DNA of 49,493 bases from Nemertoderma westbladi. Lineage: Eukaryota > Animalia > Xenacoelomorpha. The notes under the pieces were generated by a model. It was given only the letters and a program-made list of their open reading frames with translations. It was not told the origin of the DNA and searched no databases. The position numbers were made by a program, and so were the translations under genes. Shown here in pieces: positions 34,020 to 47,951 of the stretch. The stretch is from positions 1-49,493 of the forward strand of contig JAUCBJ010000793.1 in assembly GCA_032718475.1 (NCBI GenBank), in the 5' to 3' direction. The number at the start of each line of letters is the position of its first letter. Position 1 is the stretch's first letter.

Positions 34020-37000
34020 TACTACTACTACTAGGTCGATCGAACTCGGACAGTGGAAATGAGATCCTTCCAGGCTTCCCGATTCTCCATAGTTGTCGCA
34101 ATTTCGTTTCTCCCAAGTTCAGTATCCCTTTCAGGTTGATCTATATATGTTATGGCCGGTCATTCACGACTACGCTTTCCATGAGTTGGTTGCCAGAAAA
34201 GTAGATCTGGTCTGACCTCGTCTTTACTTCACCAGCAGTGCCCACTGAATCTTAATATGCGTTCATGGAGGGTGGTTGATACATGTGGTATTGTACCATA
34301 AAGCTCGGCGTTTGTCATGTGTTGTCTCCAGCAGATGTTTAGGGCTGCCCTTAGTAGTCTTGTGTACCAACTATCAATTCGTTGTTCAAGTGATTTAGTC
34401 AGTGTCCAGGTCTCACCCCCATATAAAAATACACTTTCCACTGTGGCTCGCAAGAACTTAGTCTTCAGGTGCCTGGAGAGATCTGATTTCCAGATGGTAT
34501 CCATTTTTGATAGAGCTACCCAAGCCTTTGCTTTCCTAACTTCTATGTCCTTTTTGCTACTCTCTATCCATGATCCAAGGTACTGGAAGTCGTCGACCTT
34601 CCTTATTTGATTATTATCAATGGTTGTCAAGTTTCCATCAACATTAAAGGTCATGAATTCGGTCTTAGTAGCATTTATATGCAATCCAACCTCCTTAGCA
34701 GCCCTCTCCACTTTATTTAGTAGAAGCTGTACATCTGCTAGCGTATTAGAGAGCAGGGCGATGTCATCCGCAAAGTCGGTGTCTGTGACTGTAGTTGCCG
34801 GATTTCTACTACTTCTTCATTCTTGAAGTGTGAATCCCAGATCTTCACCGTTTGTGGCCGTCCTCATTGCATAATCCAGCACAATTACAAATAGTAATGG
34901 TGCTAATGTGTCACCTTGCAGTACGCCAGCCAGGATTGAGAAAAACTCAGTTTCACCATCTGGTGAGAGTACCTGAGCTTCTGTGTCACAATATAACAAT
35001 CCAATGCCAGCAACAATTACTTCTGGTATTCCATAAGCTCTTAGGATTTCAAGCATTTTGCCTCTATGGATGGAGTCGAATGCCTTCTTGAAGTCCACAA
35101 AAGTCATGACTGCTGGGAGATTCTTCGACTCAATTCCTTCAATCAGTCTCTGTAGTGCAAGTATCTGAGCTATTGTTGATCTACTTGGTCGAAATCCGTT
35201 TTGGCTCTTACGCAGTAGTTTCTCTATGTGAGGCCTAATCTAAAACTATATAGAATCATTTTATTGTATATTTTGGCAGCTACCACAAGCAGACAGATCC
35301 CACGATAGTTTGTTGGTATGCCGAGGTCTCCTTTCTTGGGGAGAGGCTTTAGTTGACCTTTAGTCCAAATTGGTGGTGGCTTTTCCCCTTTTAACATCCG
35401 GTTGCAAACATTCAATAATGGTCTGTTTAGCACTCCGGTTTTCCATACCTCCGCTGGGATTTCATATAATCCACTCGCTTTATTATTGGACATGCTTTTA
35501 ATGCTTCTTTGGAGTTCGGCAGGTGTGAAGTCCCCTGTTTCTATAGGTAGTGTCTTGTCATATATTTTCCTTGTAGGGCTGACCTCGATGTCTGGTGGCT
35601 GCCCAAGCAAGTTGCTGAAGTGATTTTTCCAATTCCCAACACATTCTTCAGGACTATCGGCTTTGAGGCGCCCCTTTGCACAACTTTTCCGACCAGATAC
35701 CTCATTTACAGTTTGCCAGGTAAGTCTTAATTGTTGCTGTATGTGAGCAGTTGTAATTGCTTCAATTTTACCCTGTATGTACTTTTCCTGGCTGATGTTG
35801 TAGGCCAATTTAAGATCGTCCTTAGCTTTCTCAACCTTGTTAATGTTTTTGGTTGTTGGTTGTTTGGTTTTAACTTTGTAGGCTATCTTAAGATCTTCTC
35901 TCTTACAACTAACCTCTGAGTTTTGACATGGCACATACTGTTTTCGTTTGGGTTTCTGGGGGATATGCCTATTAGCTGATTCCTTGTGGGCTGTTATTAT
36001 ATTCTGGTATATTTAATCGGTGGACTGGTCTTCATCCATTGACTGCAGTGCTTCAAAGCGGTTTTGAACTTCTACTGTGTAAGCATCCTTTACAGCATTG
36101 TCAGTTCTGAGTTTCTCCCAGTCATAGTTGATTTGCTTGCTTGTCCTGGGTTTGCTGGCTCTCAAACTGAGTCTGATATCTGCAGTCACAATTCTGTGGT
36201 CCGAACCAATTAGGTTGAACGAGCTGTATGCCTCGCAGTTGATCATGCTGTTTCTCCACTTTTTGTTTATAAGGATGTAATCCAGTTGTGCTTTGGTTCC
36301 ATTAGGGCATTGAAAGGTCCATAGCTTCCCCTTACTCTTTTCGAATGTGTTGTTTGTTGATATCAATTCACATTCGTCCATTAGGTCTAAAAGTAAGTAC
36401 CCATTTCTGTTAGAACTTGTGTTATACTGTAGGTGTAACCCTTGATGTCTTCTGGGCCAATTTGCGCATTCAGGTCACCAGCAATGACTGTGTTTCTGAA
36501 TGTCCTTTATAAGTCCAGTCAGTTCTTCATAAATCTTGACTGCTTGTTCTGGCTCTGAGGCATTGGTTGGACTTTAGCAACATATAATTGTTGCCTTGGG
36601 ATTACCATCAAATGTTGCGATCATAACCCTGGAATTTATAGATTCGATGTTGTTTAGGGTCTTAGTGCAAATGGGCTTAGCAGAATTCCTACTCCACCAA
36701 TTGATGCATTGGCCGAGTTTCTTACTGCTGAGCTTGTTACTAACGTCCATCCATTTCCAATGTCATTGTACTTCATGGCAGTGTCTTCATGACAAATCCG
36801 ATGTTCTTGGATGCAGATGATGTCAATGTTATATTCCATTTTCCTTTATATTATATTCCTATTTGGTATGTGCTTTCAGCATGCGTGCGTTCATTGTAGC
36901 AATCTTTAGTGTCTTTTTACATTTCAACAGGTTGGTTCTTCTTTCTTCTCTGGTTTCTGTTCCAGTAGCCAATTTATCGACCCCAGCCTGGTGTAGCACT

Positions 37001-37492
37001 GAGGGACGTGGTCCTTGTTGACCCGGGCAACGACCGAGCCGGTATTTCTCCTGGAGGGTTCTCATACTCATATCTTTCAGTTGCGAGAGTAAACCGCTTG
37101 TGGTCGCAACTCCTACAAGCGACTTCGCAATAGGTCACCGTTGGTTGATTACCTTCCACCTTTTGTTACACCTTGAACTAAGTGTGCCTCCTGGGTTAGG
37201 TTACCTAACACTGGTAGAGGAGTATCCAGTATAGACAGAGCGGGCATATATCATATCTATTGTAGATGCTTATCAAGCCTTTGCATTCAATGGTGCCCTA
37301 GGCGCTATAGCCCTCAATGACTTATTTAATTGACGGGGCTAAAACCAACCCACTCTTGATCAACTAAATAATGAATAGGCTATGCTTATCGGGCCTGCCC
37401 TACTGGGCTGACAGCTACAGGTAGTACCACATTACTGCCATAGTGGTAGCAGGATCTGGGAACATGACCTGACTCAGTCTAAGGACATTCAC
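34020..37492 (-). mobile_element. Full-length degenerate RTE/RTEX-type LINE (APE endonuclease plus RT)
   Basis: APE motifs KIATMNAR, IICIQEHR, GGVGILLS, LDYIL and SDHR. RT motifs NYRGI, FVDFKKAFDS, GVLQGDTLAP, FADD and YLGS. (TAG)n tail. TSD TGCAAATCC at 34011-34019 and 37493-37501. Confidence 0.93.
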
Positions 37493-39336
37493 TGCAAATC
37501 CACACTAATCTAAAGTGCGTATTTTGTTTGCTTCATTAAAGTTGTTTTATTTTAAACTTTCATAAAACTTCCAAGCTACTGGATTGCCACCACCCGAATG
37601 GCAGCATTTAGCTACAAATTATGTTTTGTTATTTGTTTGTATAGCTAAAAACTGTACGGTATGGGATAAATGAATATTATTCTTCAAGAATAATTTACTT
37701 GTTTTCAATCAATTGCCACCATAACGATAGTATTTAGTGCAGTCATAACACAAAATACAAAAACACACCAAATAAATATTAGCTTCACTATTTATTATAG
37801 TTAGTAAAAGATTTATATTAAATAATAACCAATGAAAATTGTGTTCTGCATTAGTAATGCAGTTTTCCAAAATGGCCTGATTTTCCAAGTCGCCAACCAC
37901 ATTAAGTTAACATTATATGAATCCACATTGCGCATCCATGATACTGCTTTGCATACCTGGGTGACGAATCTATTCGATATAATCATGATTGTACCAGAGA
38001 AAGCTTTGGCTTGGGAAGCTTTAAATCAGTACAACTTCAGCAGTCACTCGTCCAGATTGCTCAGTAAAGATTAGTAAACCAGAATCGCAGATATAACCAA
38101 CCGAACCCGCCACTGAAGTTACTCACGAACCAGACACCATTGATCAATATTTCTAACTACCAGAGATTTATTGAAGATAAAGAGTTGCATAGCCGATTAA
38201 AGGGTCTGGCACCAAGCAGCACTGCCCGTCACAAGGTCCTTTCTAACCTTGACAAGGAAATGGAAGCCCCGGATAAGTAAAGTCTAAAGGATGTGAACAA
38301 ATCTTATAACAGACAACAGGAACAACAGGAAATAAGAGCTTTGGAGGAACAACAAGCAAGGGAAAAACTTACAAATCCAATTGTAAATTGTAAAACTTGT
38401 AAAAATGTAATTCCAATTAAAAAGGGAATTGCCTTTGGCGCAAAAGGAAGACGACAATGGATAATGATGAACTCGCTATGTTTAACATTAGCAGATTGGG
38501 ACGAGGTCACTTGCTTAAACAATTTGGATCTTGGACCTAGACCAGGTATGATTACCGCCATACTTGACCCCACCCAGGAAAGCGTTGTTTGAAACGTGCT
38601 CGAAAATATATGTACACATGTCAACACTCAAGATCCCATTCAAAACACATATTGCAACAGTAATTAATGAGAGAGATCTCGGACTCCCACAGTTTGATGA
38701 TGAGATTGAAAGATATTCTAAAGATATAGATCAAAAAGATATCAATCAAGGTCATCTCGATACGTAGAAAACTATATCATGGAACAACAGCAATAGGAAG
38801 AACAATGTTTCGAAAGGATGGAGGCCAAAGACGACAACAGAGCTCAAGCCATGCTGTTACAACCTGAGGCTAAAATCATAGTGATAGATTCATTCCCTAA
38901 TGTGCAATTCATCCTTCATCGCATACTGAAAGATTTGGAAACAAACTCTTTATGACTCCTCATTAACAACTGCAGAGCGGGCATGGATGTTACTTTTTTT
39001 TTAACAGGTATTACGTATATTAAAGCAACTTAGCAGGATGTAATCTAAAATCAGTTATAGTCTACAAAACTAATGCATAAAATAAAGAGTACATTTATTC
39101 TACCTTTATTCTAGTTATTACATGTAATAGTGGCACTGGAAGTTGTACAAAACGTGTTTAGATAGTTTTAATGGTATATAGCATATCATAAAACTGTAAA
39201 TGTATAAGACTAATATAATATTCCACAAAGCTAATCCTCTTTGTACAAGTACAATGATTTATAATCACCTAATAACTAGGAAATAGAAATAAACAATATA
39301 TAAAAAAAATAATAATATAATAAAAAGAGAACAGTA

Positions 39337-41243
39337 CCCAGCAAAGACACATCCGGCTAATATCCGGATAATATCCAGCTAAACCCCGCTAAACCCCGCT
39401 AGCTTGGTTTTTAGCGTTTTAATATCCAGCTAATAGCTGGATAATAGTATCCGGCAATTCGCTGGAGTAAATATTCACTAAATATCTGGAAAAAGTCCCT
39501 GATTTAGCGTCACTTTAGCGTATGAATAAATCGACCTAATAAATCGCGGGGTTTTAGCGTCAATTTAGCAGTTGAGAAGCTAAAACTAGCTGAGAGTAGC
39601 GGGATTTTAGCACCAATTTAGTCGCTAAATATAGAAGTAAATAGCGGTGTTCTAGCGACTAAGGGAAGGTGGACGGAGACGTGGGGGGGGGGGGGGGGGG
39701 GGGGGAGTTGTACTTGACACAAATCCCATCTCGGCGAATTAATATCTCGTCTCATTGTTAAATAATTATGGATAGGACTAAATATGAATTTTGGTTGCCG
39801 TCAGCAACCACTCCCCCCCCCCCCCCCCCCCCCCTTTTTTTTTCTGGATGGATGAGGCCATGTGTACAGTATTCCTCCATAACATATGTACAAACATACC
39901 CCAGGAAGCAGAAGACATTCGCCAAAGATATTGAACATTGACATATGGTTACTTATTCAGTTTTCACCCATGATGTAATAATCTACAGTATGAGACAATG
40001 TTTAGATTACAGTAGGTACAACATGCCGACATTACCAATTAGCCAATTTGAAATTTTAAAATAATGTAATAATTTTAATCACTAGTTGAACGAAATTAAA
40101 TATGAACCAACACATTCAATAATGATCGTTCACGTTTCATTCAGTTTTACGTCCATTTATTTACTATCAACAATACAGTACAGTACCTAAAATATGAACG
40201 ATCATGGCACGATGTTTTAATTTTTATAAACTTTCACAAGTATACCATAATTGAAGCCATCCCGATGACGTTTTTGATAATTAAAATGATTTACAACATT
40301 AACAAACTAACAACACCTACTAACCAACACATACTAACAACATTAAGCACTTCGCAATTATAACACTTTTGATATTGCCCCGGATACATACTGTAATACA
40401 GTAGAATAAGATAAAAAATTTATACAGTAGGCCTACATGCAGTGCTACAATATCTCAGCGTCCTACAGTTGAAATACAGTAGTACAGACAATATGTACTG
40501 TATTTTAAATTTTCATTTGTACATTTTTGCAGTGAACAAAAAAAAATATTCAACTGTCAAAAATTAAACGGCATTTACATAAACTACCAACCCCAACCCC
40601 CCGACACTACCTCAATTTGCAGAAAACTGAAATTATTGGATAGATATATGGTTTCTTGTCTTCGAATAATCGATTAGAAACAGTTTACAATTTATTATTT
40701 TTAATAAATTATAATTATGAATTATCTAATATGGTTGTAAATAAGATCAAATATATAGATTTTAAAAATCGAATTAATATTTTTTGGTGATCGCTTAAAG
40801 TTATATAGGATACTCCTAAGGCTTAATGCATTATATATTCTCTTATTATACTCAAACGATTACATCTCAGTTTGTATAGAGTATTGTAGGTGTAGGGCCG
40901 CAGGGTGTAGGTGTAGGCATAGGGTAGGTATGGTAGGCTAACCACTCCAGCCCCACCCCCCCCCCTCCCCTCCTCTATCCACAGAGTATGCACAAGGAAC
41001 GCCATGTGATTGGACAAAGCGAATTTTTTTTAACCTGGGCAGCTACAAATGCCGCTAAATCCACGCTAAAGTGCCGCTAAGGAACCGCTAAAAACCGGAT
41101 AATTATCCCGCTAAAAACACCGCTATAGCGGGGACCACTTTTACGGCGATTATCCGGATATTATCTTATAAAAATAGCGGGATATTAGCAGGATGGTACA
41201 TCCCGCTATTAGCGTGCTAATCGCTGGATATGTATTTGCTGGG
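39337..41243. mobile_element. Non-autonomous TIR transposon, CACTA/EnSpm-like (CCCAG termini)
   Basis: TIR CCCAGCAAA(G/T)ACA(C/T)ATCC, TA flanks, dense subterminal CGCTAA/TTAGCG repeats at both ends, no ORF. Confidence 0.8.
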
Positions 41244-41479
41244 TACGTACCTACACCAGGCAAAAATGTATCTGTTTTTCTATCACACCACACCACCATC
41301 GGCAAAAGGCAGGCCCATGATGATAGCCCCGCAAACTATTGACGGTTAACTCTTATAACTGAAGGACACCCGATCAGACCTAGAGCGGCGAGTCATCAGA
41401 GAAACCAACCTTAGAAATAGACCCTCACAATCTCAATTTTACGTTATTCAAGATCCAATCATCATGAAGCGAGTGGATA

Positions 41480-42160
41480 AGATGAAATCTCCGCAGTGGT
41501 ATGGAAATCTGGAGTGATAAATAGACCACTATTGGACGTTTTAAACCGGATGTGAAAGACTAAAAGCCACCACCAATTTGGACAAAAAGTCTAGCCTCTC
41601 CCCAAGCTTTGCTATACCAACAAACTATCGTGGGATCTGTCTGCTTGTGGTAGCTGCCAAAATATACAAAACTGTTCTACAGTATATAGGATTAGGCCTC
41701 AAATAGAGAAACTGCTACATGTGTAAGACCCAAAACGAATTTCGACCAAATAGATCAACAATAGCTTAGATACTTGCGCTACAGAGAATGAGTGCTGGGA
41801 ATTAAGTCAAATAATCTAGCATTTGACTCCATCCATAGAGGTAAAATGATGCTGTAAAATCCTACGAGCTTATGGAATACCAGAAGTAATTTTCACTGGC
41901 ATTGGATTCTTATATTGTGACACAGAAGCGCAGGTACTCTCACCAGATGGTGAAACTGAGTTTTTCTCAATCCTGGCTGGCGTACTGCAAGGTGACACAT
42001 TAGCACCATTACTATTTGTAATTGTGCTGGATTACGCAATGAGGACAGCCACACTACTAGAACACAGAAGTAGTAGATATCCAGCAACTGCAGTCAAAGA
42101 CACAAACTTTGTAGATGACATCGCCCTGCTCTCTAATACGCTAGCAGATGCACAGTTTCT
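41480..42160 (+). mobile_element. Older RT fragment of the same RTE-type family, opposite orientation
   Basis: Reverse-complement similarity to about 34725-35460 with internal deletions. Confidence 0.85.
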
Positions 42161-43189
42161 ATTTTAGTATATTAAGTATTATTGATTTACACCTGTGTAA
42201 ATAGTACATTGGAACTTTACACTGCAATTTAATAATAACAATACTGACTTTACAGCACTGACTTTAATATACCCAGCTTTGAAAAGCTTCGCTCCCGACT
42301 GCAGTTCGTTGACATCAGCACAAGTAAATTCGCAGCATAATTTCTACATTGGGAAATGTTTGCATTAAGGTAGTGTCGCGCATAGAGTTTATCACTGCTT
42401 GTTCTAAGTTCCTCTTAACCAGTCTTTTCTCAGTATGGGGAGCTTGAGCTTCAGTTTACCTTTTACATAGCATTGTGTTACCATTATTAGAGATAAGCCC
42501 TATTATATACGCTCACGGGGATATCCCAGCCGTTCAGTCAGACAACCAATAGAATCAACTCACCTTCAATATACTAGGCCTATGATGTGTCTCCTTTCTC
42601 TGCCATTAATGAACTGCATATACCCCATGTTAAATAAATACCGGTACATGTTCTGGAATGAATATTTACAACATTGGCTGCCACTCCCGTTGACTACTAA
42701 GGGTGTGGTTACTACTATTTGGTTTCACTGGCATTCTTAACATTGTACAGTTGCAATACATGTTAGCATTGGATGGAAACCCTGTCCAGGCCCATACATA
42801 GGTATTGGTGCTTCCCCAATACCCAGTTACTTATGTTTCTGCAACTACGAGCTGACTGATTCACCCCATGTTAAATATATAGATGTTCTGGAATGAATAG
42901 TTATGACATGGGCGATGGGCTAGATATAAATACCGATAGATAATAGCTCTTGTTCCGAGCCATATAGGTGATTTAATAACATAATTGTTTGTAAGTGGCT
43001 TATTCCGTTAAAAATAATGTAAAAAATGATTTATAAAGTAATGTATTTTATACGTTATATTGCCAAGGTGGCTGGGGCACCTTGGCAACAAAAGCACCTG
43101 GCGGCCCCCTTTGCCGAAATTTTTCTATAAAGAGTATAGGCTAACTACCGCCATTAACCATTTTCGAAATTATTAAATGTTTCATATGA

Positions 43190-43614
43190 ACCCCATAGGC
43201 AGCACACTGCCGCCTTAATTTTTGTAACAAAATTATTGGCTAAATTGAAATTAAATTGCATAAATTATGTAATTTAAAATACCTTCAAACCAATAGGAAT
43301 CCCTTCAATCAATATTAAATGAACTTTTCTTGACCAGTTTTTCCTGCCCAACACGAATATGAACTCCATTTTGCGCCCCAATAGTTATAAGAAAGTTAAA
43401 AGAGTTTTAAATAAAGGCGGCACCCTGCCGCCCTGGGGGTCAAGATAATATATGTAAAGGCGGCACTCTGCCGCCCTGGGGGTTAATTATAATTATATAA
43501 AGGTGGACGTAAAGGTCGATTCTGCCGCCCTAATTGAGCATGGTCTTGAATTATTTAGAATGAAAAAGGCGGCAATGTGTCGCCTTTTTTTAGTGTTGGT
43601 ACGCAAAGGGTTAA
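43190..43614. mobile_element. piggyBac-like transposon end
   Basis: Ends in GGG-TTAA (43608-43614) abutting the L2 fragment. Repeated palindromic GGCGGCA-N3-TGCCGCC motifs. Other end not found. Confidence 0.5.
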
Positions 43615-44530
43615 GCTGTTTGGTTAAGCCTTAATACCAAAAAGAACAGGCATAGTCCATGTGCCACTGTATTAAAGAAGAGCAAAGCAACTTGTGAGAG
43701 TCGGTGTATAAACTACTTTTAATTTCTGTATAGAAACTTAACTACTACTACTATGTCGAGCGAACTCGGATAGTGGAAATTAGATCCTTCCATGCTTCCC
43801 GTTTCTCCATAGTTGTCGCAATTTCGTTTCTCCAAAGTTCAGTATCCCTTTCAAGCTGATCTATATATGTTATGGCCGGTCGTCAACGACTACGCTTTCC
43901 ATGAGTTGGTTGCCAGAAAAATAGATCTGGTATGACCTCGTCTTTACTTCGCCAGCAGTGCCCACTGAATCTTAATCTGCGTTCACGGAGGGTGGTTGAT
44001 ACAGGTGGTATTGTACCATAAAGCTCGGCGTTTGTCATGTGTTGTCTCCAGCTGATGTTTAGGGCTGCCCTTAGTAGTTTTGTGTAGCAACCATCAATTC
44101 GTTGTTCAAGTGATTTAGTCAGTGTCCAGGTCTCACCCCTGTATAAAAATACACTTTCCACCCTGGAGAGATCTGATTTCCAGATGGTATCCATTTTTGA
44201 TAGAGCTACCCAAGCCTTTGCTATCCTAACTTCTATGTCCTTTTTGCTACTCTGTAGAAACTTAAGCCTATTACTACTTAGTAGTAGTAGTTACTTTCGA
44301 GAAAATATTTTTCACTGTACTTTCTCCTGATAAGCAGTTATCCAATGTGGCGCCTAAATATTTAACTTCCTTTTTATTTTCTATTTTATGTGACTTCAAA
44401 TTATTAATAATCAAACTATTACTAGTGACTTCAAACTTAGTTACCTTCTTTAACTTTCTTTTGGAACCAAACAAAGTACTTTCGGTTACCGTAGTGAATG
44501 GATAGTTTATTATCAACCAACCACTCATTA
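43615..44530 (-). mobile_element. L2/CR1-group LINE RT fragment interrupted by an RTE insertion
   Basis: VKYLGATLD...KV on the right and KFLYR...LIQWHMDYACSFWY on the left of the RTE TSD. Confidence 0.75.
43742..44254 (-). mobile_element. 5'-truncated RTE-type LINE with its own TSD
   Basis: TSD TAGAAACTTAA at 43731-43741 and 44255-44265. 30-bp in-frame deletion (HLKTKFLRAT) relative to the full-length copy. Confidence 0.92.
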
Positions 44531-45840
44531 TAGGATTCTAGAAATATATATAGCGAATATTATACAGTGTAGTGAATATTACACAGTTAGTGAATATTAT
44601 ACAATTGGATTATATATATTTGTATATATATATTATATTTATATATTTGGAACCCCCTAATTGAGAATCATCTTACATTCTATGTAAGCTGACAAAAAAT
44701 TAATTTATATTTACAATTTTTCCTTAAAACATATAAGCCTACGAAAATCTCGTGTTCATGACTTATATTTTTGTAAGTTAAATATAATTAATTAATATAA
44801 ATGAAAACTAATGCACAATTTTGTTTAACAACAATTATACACATGATCTCTTGTTGTAAGTTTTAAATGTTATACCTTCTGCTATCTGGCGTCATGGATA
44901 AAGAGTTATGCAGATGGCAAGCACATCCACAACGAGAAAAAATATTCTGCATGCCCCACGATCGGCCCAATAGATTCTGTCTGGATCCCAAGATTATATC
45001 TAGGTGGGCCACATATCAAGAATATTAAACAGAGTGCACAATGTTCGATATACCAGAAATATAAGTAAAGGGTGACCCTATTTCCGAAACCCAGCTCTAT
45101 CACACAACCTTGTTGCTTATATATATTTAGTCATTGTTTCCACCAGGATTATGACTCGGTTTAGGCCTACTATATTGATTGTTATATGGCAGCTTCCTGT
45201 TTTGAACAAACATTGCGGCCTGTCAATATATTACCTTCCCCGACTTCTTAAGCACACAATTTGCAGAAAATTTGCGAACTTGGAACTTGTATGGCTGACA
45301 TATTGACTTGGAGCAGTTTTACTCCTATTCTACTGACTGACATTGCGCCATAGGCCAAACATATCATGTCACTTAAGGAAGATCTAGATAATACTCATTC
45401 TAGTAATTAATGTACTGTAGTATACAAACTAACAAGTTGATATTTCACAATTATTTAATTAATTCATTGTAGATCAGATTCGTAAACAATAAGCAATGTG
45501 TGTCCATTTAAGCTCAATATATTCTCGGCTTTCTTGCAATATTCATAAAAAATTAGTAAAACGGTAAATTTTTAAGAATTTAATTTTAAAAAGTCCACCA
45601 AAAAATATGAAGCACCTTATGGAATAACTTAGCTTGCCAGGGTTGATTATGTCTCTCTAACAAACTTGCTTAGCATCAAAAATAAATTTAGGTTTTTGAC
45701 CACAAACTCACCTGCCCTTGTGCAGACTATATTACTGACACCTCCGCTGTAGATAACCTCGTTGGACAAACCGGTATCCCCAACCCACAATTTCGTGAGG
45801 GAAATAAGGTCTTGTAGACCACCCGGGACTGAAGGGCGAG

Positions 45841-47106
45841 TTGGTATATTACAATACCCGACACCTGGTGGACAGAGAGGTTGACACACCATACAAGCGA
45901 TGGGAGAAACAGGAGGTGTATAGGGTTGAGGAGAGGAGACTAGAGGAGGTCGCCAGGAGAGAGAGAAGGGAGGCAACTGGCAGAGAGGCAGATATAAGGG
46001 GAGGGGAGTACGAGTTCGAATCCCAAGACTTGGAGGAGTTGAGGTGGGGATCGGAGACCTCAGGCGAGTTTCAGCTGGGGCACAAACTAGGTTGGATGGG
46101 AGAGACACCGATACAGTCTACATCGGGGCTGCAAGGAATGCCGATGCCCACGGGGTCTGAGGGCGACTTTGGAAGGAAGAGACCGAGGGAGGTAGAAGGG
46201 TGGAAGGCCATGGGCGAATACCAGGCCAGAAAGGGACACAGTGGATCAACCGGGATCCCGGTTGCCGATAGAGAGGATCGGCCACTCGGACACGGACTGG
46301 GTGGACAGGAGTGTGGTGACAGCCAGCGGGGCAAAAGCCTTCTGGGACGCACCCGGCAAACGGACCTGGGAGCATGGGGAGCCAGTAATGGACTTCGTGG
46401 TGAACATGATCCGACTGCGCGAGCAACCGGGGATGGCACCACGGGTAGTGTTTGGAGAAACGATACCGAGGGAGGAGGAGGACGTCGATATGGGTAGGGA
46501 GGACAAAGTCGAGATGTTTGCCTACCAGCGGCTCCACAGACCCAGGAGGCTACGTGGAGCCAAGGACGACTTTGGGCGAGAGACACTGAAGACGGTTTCG
46601 ATTACCGTAGGAGACTAACCCATCAGCAAAAGAACTGTCTATACCATTACCAGAAGGGGACGGCGTGTCTTTGCTGCCGCGAGTCTACGCACAGGATGTG
46701 CGCGTGCCTAAGGTTGCACCACGGGTGTTCGAAGTGCAAGTTTAGGGGGCACTTTGAGTGCCAGTGTGACTGGATGGAGGATGAGGAGAAGTTTCGCACT
46801 TTCGAGGAGTGGGCCGACGTCGGAGTCATGACACGACAAAGGATGAAGGCCCAGGAGTTCCGTTGGGGCTTCTTCAACATTAATCTAAAAGCCCACCAGC
46901 AGATCACCAAGAGGAGACTACCATTCATGTATCAAGAGGTAGCGACAGCGGCATCATACGGAGGGGTCATCAACACCCAAAGATATCTGGATAGATGGAC
47001 ACCAGAAAATAGGATAGAATTCAGGGATTTTCTGGCGGAACATGTGGCGCTTGCGATGAAAATGATCTTGTGGGACGCTACCAGGGGGAAACAGGAGGGA
47101 CACTGA
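45841..47106 (+). pseudogene. Frameshifted ORF chain encoding a protein with two CCHC zinc knuckles
   Basis: Extending the 46696 ORF upstream in frame gives CLCCRESTHRMCAC and CSKCKFRGHFECQC, both C-X2-C-X4-H-X4-C, followed by FEEWADVGVMTRQR...WGFF. Confidence 0.6.
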
Positions 47107-47951
47107 GTGGGACCACCTGCGAAGCGATACCGTGAGTTAATAACACCCGCGCCCAACAATGGGGCTTGGTAAGACTGTATCAGCGAGGAAGCGACCCAGG
47201 CAGGACGACGGTAGGGGTAAGGAACTTAGATGGTTCCTGGAGGGTGCGGGAGGAGCAATATAGAACTCTAGGACTGATTACAGGCGATGTCAATGTGCCT
47301 GGAAGGCACCGCATGGACAAACCAGTACAATAATTCCTAAGTGCAATTAACCAAGTGCAATTAGTATGTACGTAGGTAATCAATCAATATTAGAGAAAGT
47401 ATAATATATGTACTATAGTCAGATATAACCTTTTCCAATTAGCTACTGGGACTGGGGACTAATTGACTGAAACAGGAGGACGAGACATTAGACGGACCTC
47501 ACTTCTTGAGTGTGATGGCATAAATGAGAATGTGAGGCCCAACAGAAGTGAGTGGGGATAAAATGGTTGAGTATGGGAGGAGCATGGGGAGGAGGTATTA
47601 GGGTATGGGGAAGCAAAAGGGTGCGAGATTCAAGCGTGTGGAGCGGGCATGGAGGGGGATGAGTCCTAAGGGACTAGTGAGAGAGATAGGGACAACAACG
47701 TTTGAAAGATAAAATTGTGTGAGGAGTGAGGGTGATTGTCTAAAACAGAGATGCCAGATGCCTTGGTACAGCTTAGCTCGCAGATGTACCAAAGATGGGT
47801 AGTGAAAACAGGCCCATGGGGGCCAGCCTGGAAAGCTGACCCTGAGAAGAGAATTCCACCCCACATCCAATATTAGATTGGATTCCAGCGAAATTGAAGC
47901 ACACTTAAGGTTGATGCTATCTTTTTACCGGGAAGATAGCATGGGGGGGAG

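Noticed and set aside
37850-38090. Alternative genetic code (TAA/TAG read as Gln)
   Set aside because: Long TE ORFs in the window are free of in-frame TAA/TAG and end at them; pseudogene decay is simpler.
42560-42925. Possible exon with an internally repeated segment
   Set aside because: Multiple stops and a frameshift, no recognisable product; only a duplication of about 50 bp is certain.
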